NCBI GenBank assembly: GCA_026395955.1
Contig: JAPLXR010000004.1
Span: 3,883 to 67,882 of the forward strand
DNA length: 64,000 bases
Direction of reading: 5' to 3'
Origin: Candidatus Nomurabacteria bacterium
Lineage (GTDB): Bacteria; Patescibacteriota; Minisyncoccia; Phycocordibacterales; UBA9973
This document shows positions 55,382 through 64,000 of the stretch, in pieces. The notes under the pieces were generated by a model. That model was not told the DNA's origin. It worked only from the letters and a program-made list of their open reading frames with translations, and searched no databases. Position numbers and translations under genes: made by a program. Position 1 is the stretch's first letter. Every line of letters starts with the position of its first letter.

Positions 55382-58129
55382 CTAACTCTGATACCTCGCC
55401 ATAATTTCTTCTTCTATTTCTTCACGGTCGCGACCGTATTTTAGATATGAAAGTTCTTTTAGAGCTTCAACTATTTCAGGGTTCCCTGGTTCTGGAGCAA
55501 GTGTATGCATATTGAATGGCTTTGTTGGTTGACCTTTTACTAGCATTGAAACATATGCATTATAATTATCAATTTTAATAATATCAGAAGCAGCAAATGT
55601 CGGTTTGAATTTTGGTTCTAAAAAAGCTGCATCTTCAGGTGAGATACGGAATACAGCCATTGAACCAACGTTTCCAAAAACAGCATTTTTAATTCCTTCA
55701 TCAAGCTGAGAAATGTATTGATGAGCGACGTTGAGTGACAAACGATATTTACGAGCTTCAGATAAAATAGAAGAGATGGAATCTGTAGTGACATTTTGGA
55801 ACTCGTCGATATATAGATAAAAATCATTCATCTTTTGACCAAACATATCTACGCGAGAAAGTGCCGCCATTTGTATTTTACCGACAAGCAATAGACCGAT
55901 AAGGTTCGCATTTATATCTCCCAATCTTCCTTTTGAAAGATTTACCAAAAGTATCTTTTTGTTATCCATAATCTCACGGAAATTGAAAACTGATTTTTGT
56001 TGCAAAACTACAGGACGCATAATATCGTTCGAAATGAAATTATCAAATTTTGATGAAATATAAGGTACAAAGTTCGCAATAGATTGATCCCCTGTAGTCG
56101 CTTCTGCACTACGCCAGAATTCTTTAATAATTTGATTTTTACATTTTGCGAGAAGTGAATCACGATATTCTTTATTACCTAAGACACGAGTAATCTCTAG
56201 CAATGTACCAGGAGTTTCAGGATCATCCATTATTAGAAAAGCTGAGTTTTTAAAATATTGTTCAAACATCGGACCCATAGATTCTTTTGTGAAGAGCTTA
56301 TTGAAAATACCCATTAGTTCATTCACTACAAATGTCTTTTGTTCTGGATATTTTGGATCATATTCGAGCATATTGAGCCCCATAGGACGCGCAGTATAAG
56401 CAGGGTCAAAATAAATAACATCATCGATACGTTCTTTTGGAATACGAGAAAGTATCGTTTGAATATCTGTACCGTGTGGATCGATATAACAACAACCATC
56501 ACCATTCTTGATGTCTTGAGTAATCATATTAAGCAAAATATTCGTCTTACCAGTACCTGTCTGTCCGATAACATACATATGACGTACACGATCTTCGCGA
56601 GTCATACGTATTTCTGTATCTTTACCTCTATAACTATTTATTCCGAGAATAATACCTTCATCACCCATTTCCATCGGTGCAGGTGCAATACCAGCTTTTG
56701 CTTCTTTGAGTTGTGGTTGAGATGAAATTCCAACAGGAAAATGAAAAACTGACGCAAGTTCTTTTAAATTCATTGGTAGAGTTTTGGTATCAACAAATGA
56801 ACGGTATGAAAAATCATGAAAAAGTTTTTTCAAATCACTACCACTAGCTTTATCAAAAACAAAATGATTACTAGCTGGCATTGTAAATTGATTAAAAGAA
56901 GATTCTATTTCAGTCAAAATCATTTCAGCACGTTCTTTCGTCTCAGCAGAAGCTACTACTCGAATATTTGCTTTCATTATTGTACTCTTCAATTTATTTG
57001 CAATCTTTTCTGGTCCCCCATCATCGATAGCGCTATGTGCTTTTATTTTTCCTTCGAGACCTTCGTCTTTTTTATTTTTACCAAAAAACATTTCCTTACC
57101 TACAGACAAAACAGCACTATGCCATTTATAAAAATTATCATCTGCTTTTTTAATAGAAGTACCAGCTTTTACATCATTTAAAATTAAGTGAAATTGTTTT
57201 GTAAATTTATCTCCTGATGGACAAACTACCATTTGTATAGCTGCACCCTCTCCACCTTTTTTTAACTTAGAAAAGACATTCAAAATAGTATTCATCGGAT
57301 CATGATCTATTTCTTCATAAGTCTTTATAGGTAAAACTGGCTTCTCAGCAAAATGTGCATAAGCTCCGGCTGAATGTCCTTTGTCTGCAAAAATATTATA
57401 GTCATCACTCACTTCCATTATTTTTGCATTATCATAAAAAGCTAAAATTTGTTTTTCAAAAAGAGATACATATTCGTTAGGAATACCTGCATACACAACG
57501 ACTTCATCACTTTGATTACCTAGAGCAATTTCTAATGTAAAATAATTTTCTTTTTCATTGTTGTATCCAGCAGAGATTGACTGCATACCAGCATAGAACT
57601 GCTCCATAGCACCAATGAAATCTTTGAAACCTCTTTTATCAGTTCCTTCATTTGAAGGTGGTAATGTAACTTCAAAAAGAGTCATATTTAATTCTTTCCA
57701 AAGTGGTGAACCTTCTTTTAATCCATCGACAACTTGTCCTGTTTTTAAATATTGTACAAGCAAACGATGAAAGTCATCATCTATATGCGGATTATTCATT
57801 GACTCCACAATAGACATTGCATTACGTATTCCCTTTGTAAGCATAATACCTAAAATTTCTTCCATTACTACATCATGTGCTTCTGGTTTTAATTTTAAAA
57901 CAATTGCTTCGGCTTCTTTTTCTTTTATTAAAACATCTTTGTGAATTATTTCTTCAGCTGGAACTTCCATGTACTCAGTAATAACATCTGCACTCGCACG
58001 TTCGATAGAATTCTCAAAATGACCTTTTTCTATTAAAACTTTTTCACGATCAGCAACTTCGGCACGTAAAAAATTCAACTCCTCTTCGGGAGACTTAAAC
58101 TTTGGCATTTCTCTAAAAATTGATTCCAT
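55382..58129 (-). CDS. TraG/TraD/VirD4-family (TrwB_AAD-bind-like) P-loop ATPase with ~450-aa uncharacterised soluble N-terminal region
   Basis: 915 aa. C-terminal half has IGQTGTGKTNILLNMI (Walker A), YIDPHGT, LYIDEFQNV (Walker B-like) and VAHQYISQL. No N-terminal TM helices, unlike canonical coupling proteins. Confidence 0.55.
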   Translation of the reverse strand: MESIFREMPKFKSPEEELNFLRAEVADREKVLIEKGHFENSIERASADVITEYMEVPAEEIIHKDVLIKEKEAEAIVLKLKPEAHDVVMEEILGIMLTKGIRNAMSIVESMNNPHIDDDFHRLLVQYLKTGQVVDGLKEGSPLWKELNMTLFEVTLPPSNEGTDKRGFKDFIGAMEQFYAGMQSISAGYNNEKENYFTLEIALGNQSDEVVVYAGIPNEYVSLFEKQILAFYDNAKIMEVSDDYNIFADKGHSAGAYAHFAEKPVLPIKTYEEIDHDPMNTILNVFSKLKKGGEGAAIQMVVCPSGDKFTKQFHLILNDVKAGTSIKKADDNFYKWHSAVLSVGKEMFFGKNKKDEGLEGKIKAHSAIDDGGPEKIANKLKSTIMKANIRVVASAETKERAEMILTEIESSFNQFTMPASNHFVFDKASGSDLKKLFHDFSYRSFVDTKTLPMNLKELASVFHFPVGISSQPQLKEAKAGIAPAPMEMGDEGIILGINSYRGKDTEIRMTREDRVRHMYVIGQTGTGKTNILLNMITQDIKNGDGCCYIDPHGTDIQTILSRIPKERIDDVIYFDPAYTARPMGLNMLEYDPKYPEQKTFVVNELMGIFNKLFTKESMGPMFEQYFKNSAFLIMDDPETPGTLLEITRVLGNKEYRDSLLAKCKNQIIKEFWRSAEATTGDQSIANFVPYISSKFDNFISNDIMRPVVLQQKSVFNFREIMDNKKILLVNLSKGRLGDINANLIGLLLVGKIQMAALSRVDMFGQKMNDFYLYIDEFQNVTTDSISSILSEARKYRLSLNVAHQYISQLDEGIKNAVFGNVGSMAVFRISPEDAAFLEPKFKPTFAASDIIKIDNYNAYVSMLVKGQPTKPFNMHTLAPEPGNPEIVEALKELSYLKYGRDREEIEEEIMARYQS

Positions 58130-58295
58130 TTTTTAATTATACCCTAAAAGCTGTATTTACAAGAGTTTTTATTCTATTGACTTTTAAAACAAAGTCTGAT
58201 ATAATTGATACATTAGTGGTATAGACACATATTACCTATTAGGTATATAATGTTATTATAAATGTCGCAAATTAATTAATAGAAATAATAAAAAT

Positions 58296-58721
58296 ATGAA
58301 CGAAACATTAACACCAAAAAACACAGAAGAAGTTAAATCAACATTAGATACACATTCTATTGCAGAAGAAGCAATGAAAACAGAAGGTGTAGTAGGAGGA
58401 GTTTCTCCAAAAGTAGAAAGACCAAAAGAAGACAAGAAATCATCTGGATTCATGAGCAGAATATCTTCTTTAACAAACAGAATTAAAGATCAATTAAATT
58501 CAGGAGAAAAAGAAAAACAAGAAAAATTAATGAAGAGATGGGACAGTCCTGCATTTAAAAGTGAATATACAAAATTAATGAAAGAAAACCCAGACAAAGC
58601 AGCAAAATTTAAATACGCTGTAGAAAATATAACTCAATTCGTTTGGAGTGAAGCAGACAATAATTACATGGATAAAACAAAATACTCTGTAGCTTCAGGT
58701 GAAGGAACAGCAGGAAAATAA
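58296..58721 (+). CDS. hypothetical protein
   Basis: 141 aa, hydrophilic and Lys/Glu-rich, followed by terminator copy 4. Confidence 0.3.
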   Translation: MNETLTPKNTEEVKSTLDTHSIAEEAMKTEGVVGGVSPKVERPKEDKKSSGFMSRISSLTNRIKDQLNSGEKEKQEKLMKRWDSPAFKSEYTKLMKENPDKAAKFKYAVENITQFVWSEADNNYMDKTKYSVASGEGTAGK

Positions 58722-58731
58722 TCTCTAAAAC

Positions 58732-58757
58732 AAAAAATCCCCTCTCGGGGATTTTTT
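58732..58757. terminator. terminator AAAAAATCCCC-TCTC-GGGGATTTTTT (copy 4 of 5)
   Basis: Lies between the convergent 141-aa gene (+) and map (-). Confidence 0.7.
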
Positions 58758-58760
58758 GTT

Positions 58761-59543
58761 TTATATTTTAGTTAGAATTTCAGGTTCGTTATCTGTAATA
58801 GCGACAGTACATTCAAAATGTGCACTGCGTTTTTTGTCTACTGTTTTTATAGTCCAATCATCTTTTGCAATCATGACATTTTTTGATCCGAGGTTTAGCA
58901 TTGGCTCGATAGCTATAACCATTCCCTTTTTCAAAATAATTCCTGTTCCCTTTTTACCAAAGTTTGGTATGTATGGATCTTCGTGTATTTCTACTCCGAC
59001 ACCATGACCAGACAACACATCGACGATTCCGTATTTACCCGATTTAGGACTATTGGATTTTACAAAAGTCTCAATAGCATAACCGATATCCCCTACACGC
59101 GCTCCAGCCCTCGCAGCATCGATTCCGACATGCAAAGCTTGTTCTGTAACTTCTAACAACTTTTTGTCTTCAGCACTGATTTTACCGACAGGTACAGTTA
59201 GGGCCATATCTGTAAACATACCTTTGTGTTTTACTCCTAGATCAATACAAACAATATCACCTTCTACCAGAATATGATCTTTCTTCGGAATACCATGAAC
59301 AACTTCGTCATTTACAGATACACAGAGAGATGCTGGGAAAGGTTTCTTGGCCCCTGCCGGACGATAATTCAAAAAAGCCGGAGTATCACCATATTCACGG
59401 ATTAGTTTTTCTGCATACATATCTAAATCTTTTGTAGAAATACCTGGTTTTACAAAGTCTTTTACTTTATACAAAACAGTCGCGAGGTGTTTACCTCCTT
59501 CACGAATAATATTTATTTGTTCATCTGTCTTTATTATTATCAT
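58761..59543 (-). CDS. map: type I methionine aminopeptidase
   Basis: 260 aa with the conserved metal ligands D(96)/D(107)/H/E/E pattern (CIDLGVKHKGMFTDMALT, HGVGVEIHEDP, IAIEPML). Confidence 0.93.
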   Translation of the reverse strand: MIIIKTDEQINIIREGGKHLATVLYKVKDFVKPGISTKDLDMYAEKLIREYGDTPAFLNYRPAGAKKPFPASLCVSVNDEVVHGIPKKDHILVEGDIVCIDLGVKHKGMFTDMALTVPVGKISAEDKKLLEVTEQALHVGIDAARAGARVGDIGYAIETFVKSNSPKSGKYGIVDVLSGHGVGVEIHEDPYIPNFGKKGTGIILKKGMVIAIEPMLNLGSKNVMIAKDDWTIKTVDKKRSAHFECTVAITDNEPEILTKI

Positions 59544-60223
59544 TTTATTTTTGTTCCTATAAATTCTAAATTATTTAAGCAATTCTCTAAATTTTCTATA
59601 TTTTTACCATTTAATATTGCTACTTCTATACCCTCATCCTCTGCTATACCAGAAGCTATCGGATCAAAAGGAGTACTGAGTCCTGGATTCCATTCTTTTG
59701 GAATCAACTCTCTATATTCAGACCAAGAAATATTTTCCAATTTTTTTGCATCTGGGTATTTGTTTGGATCTTTGTCATAAGCAAAATCAATATTTGAAAG
59801 ATTAATAACTCTCTTTGCATTTATTGATTTAGCTAGAAGTACTGCATCATAATCTGTACTCCATCCTGGCTTCCAGCCTGCACCAATGACCAATGGTTTT
59901 TCAAAATTCACTGGTAACGTAGGGTCAGTAATTATTATTTCTTCTGCAATGCCTGTGAAAAATAATTCTAAAAACTCAGCATTCAAACGAGTGGAATATA
60001 TTCCAAGCCAGTCTAAGTGCTCGAGTGATGGATTAGATATTTCCTTCAATGCTGATTGGTATTTTCTAGCTGTCTTCCCTCCTCCTGTAATTATAATAAA
60101 CTTCTTACCTTTTTCTATTTGAGACAAAATTATTTTTTTAAATTCTGTCAGAAAATCAATATCGATCTCATTTGGGACTATTAGTGAACCTCCGAGAGAA
60201 ATAATGATTTTTTCTTGTTCCAT
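59540..60223 (-). CDS. pyrH: archaeal-type UMP kinase (amino-acid-kinase family)
   Basis: 227 aa. IIISLGGSLIVPNEIDIDFL, IIITGGGKTARKY, AGWKPGWSTDYDAVLLA and IDFAYDKDPNKYPDAKK align with archaeal PyrH motifs. Confidence 0.7.
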   Translation of the reverse strand: MEQEKIIISLGGSLIVPNEIDIDFLTEFKKIILSQIEKGKKFIIITGGGKTARKYQSALKEISNPSLEHLDWLGIYSTRLNAEFLELFFTGIAEEIIITDPTLPVNFEKPLVIGAGWKPGWSTDYDAVLLAKSINAKRVINLSNIDFAYDKDPNKYPDAKKLENISWSEYRELIPKEWNPGLSTPFDPIASGIAEDEGIEVAILNGKNIENLENCLNNLEFIGTKIK

Positions 60224-60224
60224 G

Positions 60225-60845
60225 TTAATTTTGAAAATTTAAAGATTTAATAATGTCTTTTGAAACTTCTTCGATGGTTTGGTGACCATTGATATCGTGG
60301 ATTACATAATTACTATTTACTCTAAAGTATTCCATTGCTGGTAAAACTTTATTAAAGTATTCGTTACAACGATTTTCAATAGCACTTGTATTGTCATCAG
60401 CTCTCGCACGGAGCAACATTCTCTTTAAAGCTTCTTCTTTACTAACTTGAATATTTATAATATGAATATTTTTTCTACCATAGAAATTCATAGCTTTTTC
60501 AAAAAATTCTGATTGTACAATACTACGAGGGTATCCATCTGTAATAATATGATTATCTTCTGAAATAGTATTTATTAAAAGATTCATAAAAACAGAATTT
60601 GTGAGGAAGTCTGGCTGTAACCCTCCTTCATTTAGAACTTTTCTAACCAAATCAGCTGTCTGACTGTGTGTCTCTACTATTTTTCGATATTCATTACCTG
60701 TATAAGCATGAATAATCTCTTTATTATCCTTGGATTTCAAGAAATCTATAAGTAACTGTATTTGTGTCCCCTTTCCAGAGCCAGCGATACCAAAGAATAC
60801 GAATGTTTGTGATTGCATATACACAGAATACAGGATTTTAAACAC
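60225..60845 (-). CDS. adk: adenylate kinase
   Basis: GIAGSGKGTQ P-loop and DGYPR motif. The start may be the second Met (MQSQTF..., ~60818). Confidence 0.8.
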   Translation of the reverse strand: MFKILYSVYMQSQTFVFFGIAGSGKGTQIQLLIDFLKSKDNKEIIHAYTGNEYRKIVETHSQTADLVRKVLNEGGLQPDFLTNSVFMNLLINTISEDNHIITDGYPRSIVQSEFFEKAMNFYGRKNIHIINIQVSKEEALKRMLLRARADDNTSAIENRCNEYFNKVLPAMEYFRVNSNYVIHDINGHQTIEEVSKDIIKSLNFQN

Positions 60846-60854
60846 TAAATCAAT

Positions 60855-60920
60855 GACCCCTCCCCGACTTCGTCACCCCTCCCCATTTTTGTAAAAAATG
60901 GGGAGGGGTTTTGGGTGAGG
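60855..60920. repeat. GC-rich nested palindrome in the adk/cmk-like divergent region (CCCCTCCCCATTTTT-GT-AAAAAATGGGGAGGGG, flanked by TCACCC / GGGTGAGG)
   Basis: 15+15 perfect inverted repeat with additional outer pairing. Upstream partial direct copy GACCCCTCCCCGAC. Confidence 0.5.
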
Positions 60921-60986
60921 TAGACTTTAGCAAGAATTATGTTAATATTATAAGTAATATAAATAGCTCATTATAAAAACAAACAA

Positions 60987-61553
60987 ATGAAAAAGAAACA
61001 CATAATTACAATAGCTGGTGACCTAGGAAGTGGTAAATCAAGTACTGCAAAAGGTGAAGCTGAATTACTTGAATACAAACACTTCTCTTCTGGGGATTTT
61101 ATGCGTGAAGTTGGTTTAAAAAAGAACGTTAATTTAATGGAACGTTCAGAACAAGCTGAAAAAGACAAATCAATTGATGAAGAGATTGACGAAAAAATTC
61201 GAGAAGTTGGTAAAGGTGACAATCTAGTAATAGATTCTCGTCTAGCCTATCATTGGATTCCTGAGTCTTTCAAGGTTTACTTAAAGCTTGATCCTGAAAT
61301 TGCTAAAAAAAGGATTTTTGAGGACTTAAATAACAATCCTTTACGTAAAGAAAGTGAAGGATCTCAATCTGAAGAAGAAATTTATCAAAAAATTATCAAA
61401 CGCAGAGAAAGTGAAAAAAAGAGATACAAAGAAATATACAATCTCGACCATACTGATCCGAAAAACTTTGATTTGGTTGTAGATACAAGTAAACACAACC
61501 TTGAAGAGGTTATCCAAATAATAAAAGACGAATATATTAATTGGTTAAGATAA
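60987..61553 (+). CDS. cytidylate-kinase-like P-loop nucleotide kinase
   Basis: 188 aa. ITIAGDLGSGKSSTAKG P-loop and a Lys/Glu-rich insertion. Archaeal-type CMP-kinase-like layout. Confidence 0.55.
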   Translation: MKKKHIITIAGDLGSGKSSTAKGEAELLEYKHFSSGDFMREVGLKKNVNLMERSEQAEKDKSIDEEIDEKIREVGKGDNLVIDSRLAYHWIPESFKVYLKLDPEIAKKRIFEDLNNNPLRKESEGSQSEEEIYQKIIKRRESEKKRYKEIYNLDHTDPKNFDLVVDTSKHNLEEVIQIIKDEYINWLR

Positions 61554-61574
61554 TAAACAAAAAATCCCCTTTCG
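61549..61574. terminator. bidirectional terminator AAAAATCCCC-TTTC-GGGGATTTTTT (copy 5 of 5), between cmk-like (+) and secY (-)
   Basis: Same sequence as the other four copies. Confidence 0.7.
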
Positions 61575-61596
61575 GGGATTTTTTAATTTATTTAAA

Positions 61597-62868
61597 TTAG
61601 TATTCTCTCATTGAGATTTGAGCGTCTACCTTCTTTATAAGGTCTAGGACAACAGAAACAACAATAAGGAGTGCTGTACCACCCATAGCGATAGCTGTGA
61701 TACCTGTAAGTGAACGCATGATGAGTGGGAGGATAGCGATGAGTCCGAGGAAGATAGCACCAAGCAATGTAATACGATTCAATACTTTAGAGATATAAGC
61801 ACTTGTACTTGCTCCTGGACGAATTCCTGGAATAAATGCTCCGTTCTTTTGTAAGTTTTCAGACAACGCTTCTGGGTCGAAAGTTACAGCTGTGTAGAAG
61901 TATGTGAAAAGGAAAACAAGAACGAAATACAAAACCATATACAACCATGTCCCTTGAGTAAATGAAACTAAAGCATGTGATAGAGAGAGCACCCAAGCAT
62001 GTGTAGATGTAGATAATACATTACCGATCATTTGTGGGAAAAGGAGTATAGACAAAGCAAAGATTATAGGAATAACTCCAGCTTGGTTTACGCGAAGTGG
62101 TAAATAAGTACTTCCTCCTGCTGTTGAAGATATTCCACGAACTTGTTTTGCATAAGTCACAGGTATTGGATGTTCTGCTTCTGTGATAACAACAACACCA
62201 GCAATAACAATTATTCCTAGAACTAGGAAAATTATAAATAAAGGAATTTGAGAAACATCAAAAGAGAATAACATTTGACTAACGTGACTAGGAATATTTG
62301 CGATAATACCAGCAAAGATTATAAGTGATACACCATTACCAATACCGAATTCAGAAATTAATTCCCCAATCCACATAAGCAATATTGAACCAGCTATTAC
62401 TACGATCAAGTTTGAAGCCATTTGGAAGCCAGTAAGTTGACCTAAAATATTTTGACGAGCGAGTAGTGTCAAAAGTCCGAAACCTTGAATAGCAGCTAGA
62501 GGTACAGCTATGAGACGTGAGTATTGAGTAAATTTCTTTCTTCCTGCTTCACCTTCTTCGTTATAAAGAGCTTTGAACTTTGGAACCATGATAGTCAAAA
62601 GTTGCATGATAATACTAGAAGTAATATATGGACCAACACCGAGCATTATTATAGAAAGATTTGTAAGTCCACCTCCAGAGAAAATATTTAATACTCCTAG
62701 AAATTGGTTATTTGAAATAAAACGAGAGAGGGCTACAGCATCGATACCAGGTATCGGAATAGTTGCGAGTAATCTGAATGTTACCAAAGCACCAATAACA
62801 AAAAGAATTCTTTTCCTTAAAGACTTGTCTTGGAAAACTACTTTTACTTTACTGATGAAATTTTGCAT
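61597..62868 (-). CDS. secY: preprotein translocase subunit SecY
   Basis: 423 aa, 10 TM. Conserved SecY regions (IPGIDAVAL, GVGPYITSSIIMQLL, plug and hinge). Confidence 0.95.
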   Translation of the reverse strand: MQNFISKVKVVFQDKSLRKRILFVIGALVTFRLLATIPIPGIDAVALSRFISNNQFLGVLNIFSGGGLTNLSIIMLGVGPYITSSIIMQLLTIMVPKFKALYNEEGEAGRKKFTQYSRLIAVPLAAIQGFGLLTLLARQNILGQLTGFQMASNLIVVIAGSILLMWIGELISEFGIGNGVSLIIFAGIIANIPSHVSQMLFSFDVSQIPLFIIFLVLGIIVIAGVVVITEAEHPIPVTYAKQVRGISSTAGGSTYLPLRVNQAGVIPIIFALSILLFPQMIGNVLSTSTHAWVLSLSHALVSFTQGTWLYMVLYFVLVFLFTYFYTAVTFDPEALSENLQKNGAFIPGIRPGASTSAYISKVLNRITLLGAIFLGLIAILPLIMRSLTGITAIAMGGTALLIVVSVVLDLIKKVDAQISMREY

Positions 62869-62877
62869 ATGTTTTTA

Positions 62878-63318
62878 TTATTTAGCTACTACTTCCCCGC
62901 CAGCCTTTTCGATCATTTCTTTTGCACTAGATGAAACACTACAATTAGATACTTGGATTTTAATTCCAAATTTTTCTTTACCACTTAAGATTTTAACTTT
63001 AGGAGTGAAACCTTTTACTTTTTTGATAGCTTTCTTTTCGAGTAAGATTGCAGGTGTTATAGCTCCACCAGCTGAAAAAGCTTTTGCTATAGCATCGAGA
63101 GAGATGTGTACAGGCTTTACTTCAAAAGAATGAGCACGGTATCCACGAAGTTTAGGTAATTTCTTGATGATATCACGGAGCTCTGGGCGTTTTTTGTTAC
63201 CAGCACGTGAACTTTGTCCTTTTGTACCACGGCCTGAAGTCTTAGCGTGTTTACCACCGCGTCCTACGATGCGATCCCCTTTATTCTTATGTACTCTTTT
63301 TAAATCGTGTATTTGCAT
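62878..63318 (-). CDS. rplO: 50S ribosomal protein L15
   Basis: 146 aa, Gly/Arg-rich N-terminus KNKGDRIVGRGGKHAKTSGRGTKGQSSRAG. Confidence 0.9.
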   Translation of the reverse strand: MQIHDLKRVHKNKGDRIVGRGGKHAKTSGRGTKGQSSRAGNKKRPELRDIIKKLPKLRGYRAHSFEVKPVHISLDAIAKAFSAGGAITPAILLEKKAIKKVKGFTPKVKILSGKEKFGIKIQVSNCSVSSSAKEMIEKAGGEVVAK

Positions 63319-63334
63319 ATAATTTATATTAAAA

Positions 63335-63904
63335 CTAATTTATACTTGGCTTCTCTGTCAAAGCAACTGGAGCTTCAACTTCTGCTGTAAATCTAGGTGT
63401 TTTTACTGCTACTTGTGACAATGCAACTATAACAGCTTTTGAGTTGTTTAATTTGTTTTTTGTACCTCCGTGGATCTTTGCAGTAATGTCTTTTACTCCA
63501 GCGATATTTAAAATATCACGAACAACAGAACCTGCTACCATTCCACGTCCGTGGTTTGGCATAATAGAAACTTGTGAACTTGAGAATTTTGCAGAAACTT
63601 CATGAGGAATAGACAAAGTTTTTGTAAGCTTTAGCTTGATCATGTTTTTCTTTGCAGAACGGAGAGCTTTGTTGATAGCCATTGATGTGTCTCCTGATTT
63701 ACCGAGACCTAGACCTACTGAACCTTTCTTGTCCCCTGCTACTAGAGCAACAGAGAAAGAGAAACGACGTCCTCCTGCGACAACACGTGTCACACGACGA
63801 ATATCAATAATCTTTTGATCAAATTCTGGCTTTGGTCTGTCGAAAGAAGATGGTCGGCGACCTCCTCGTGTATTTGTATTTCTTTGTTGTGTAGTATTTT
63901 CCAT
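63335..63904 (-). CDS. rpsE: 30S ribosomal protein S5
   Basis: 189 aa. dsRBD-like N-domain, and IPHEVSAKFSSSQVSIMPNHGRGMVAGSVVRDILNIAGVKDITAKIHGGTKN is the S5 C-domain. Confidence 0.95.
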   Translation of the reverse strand: MENTTQQRNTNTRGGRRPSSFDRPKPEFDQKIIDIRRVTRVVAGGRRFSFSVALVAGDKKGSVGLGLGKSGDTSMAINKALRSAKKNMIKLKLTKTLSIPHEVSAKFSSSQVSIMPNHGRGMVAGSVVRDILNIAGVKDITAKIHGGTKNKLNNSKAVIVALSQVAVKTPRFTAEVEAPVALTEKPSIN

Positions 63905-63913
63905 AATTGTGTA

Positions 63914-64000
63914 TTAAAAAACTAATCCTGCTGCACGAGCTGCATCAGCGATAACTTTAATGCGACCTGTATATTTAAAACCATTTCTATCAAAAACAAC
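63914..64000 (-). CDS. rplR: 50S ribosomal protein L18, C-terminal 28 codons (N-terminus beyond window)
   Basis: Minus-strand translation ..VVFDRNGFKYTGRIKVIADAARAAGLVF* matches the L18 C-terminus. Stop at 63914-63916. Confidence 0.8.
   Translation of the reverse strand, partial: VVFDRNGFKYTGRIKVIADAARAAGLVF

Overview
This 64 kb AT-rich window is densely coded, with about 65 genes and very short intergenic spacers. It looks like a small-genome Candidate Phyla Radiation (CPR)/Patescibacteria-type bacterium, an inference resting on three observations: no rpmD (L30) between rpsE and rplO in the spc operon, an archaeal-type UMP kinase, and dimeric GlyRS. Most of the content is housekeeping: rplJ-rplL, rpsF-ssb-rpsR, infC-rpmI-rplT, rplR-rpsE-rplO-secY, recA, ftsK, ftsH, smpB plus tmRNA, efp, metG, glyQS, ndk, map, adk, tatD, and a single tRNA with anticodon UAU. 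Accessory content includes a MacAB-like ABC efflux operon with an HlyD adaptor. There is a large envelope-glycan locus (polyprenyl sugar-phosphate transferase, several GT2s, a Wzm permease, a Wzt-like ATPase fused to two GT2 domains, an O-antigen-ligase-like/TPR protein and a VanY-like carboxypeptidase). Large surface proteins, a soluble TraG/VirD4-family ATPase, and a 1244-aa orphan protein co-oriented with a small acidic protein are also present. The strongest anomaly is a 721-aa protein with a Bacteroidota-style signal peptide (cleavage before Gln) and a textbook type IX secretion C-terminal sorting domain, sitting between efp and rpsR in an otherwise monoderm-type genome. The window also holds several families of repeated hairpins: near-identical intrinsic terminators and GC-rich polypyrimidine/polypurine hairpins without T-tracts. 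Perfect palindromes lie in the leaders of rpsF and of a small coiled-coil gene. No transposases, integrases, CRISPR arrays or rRNAs were seen.
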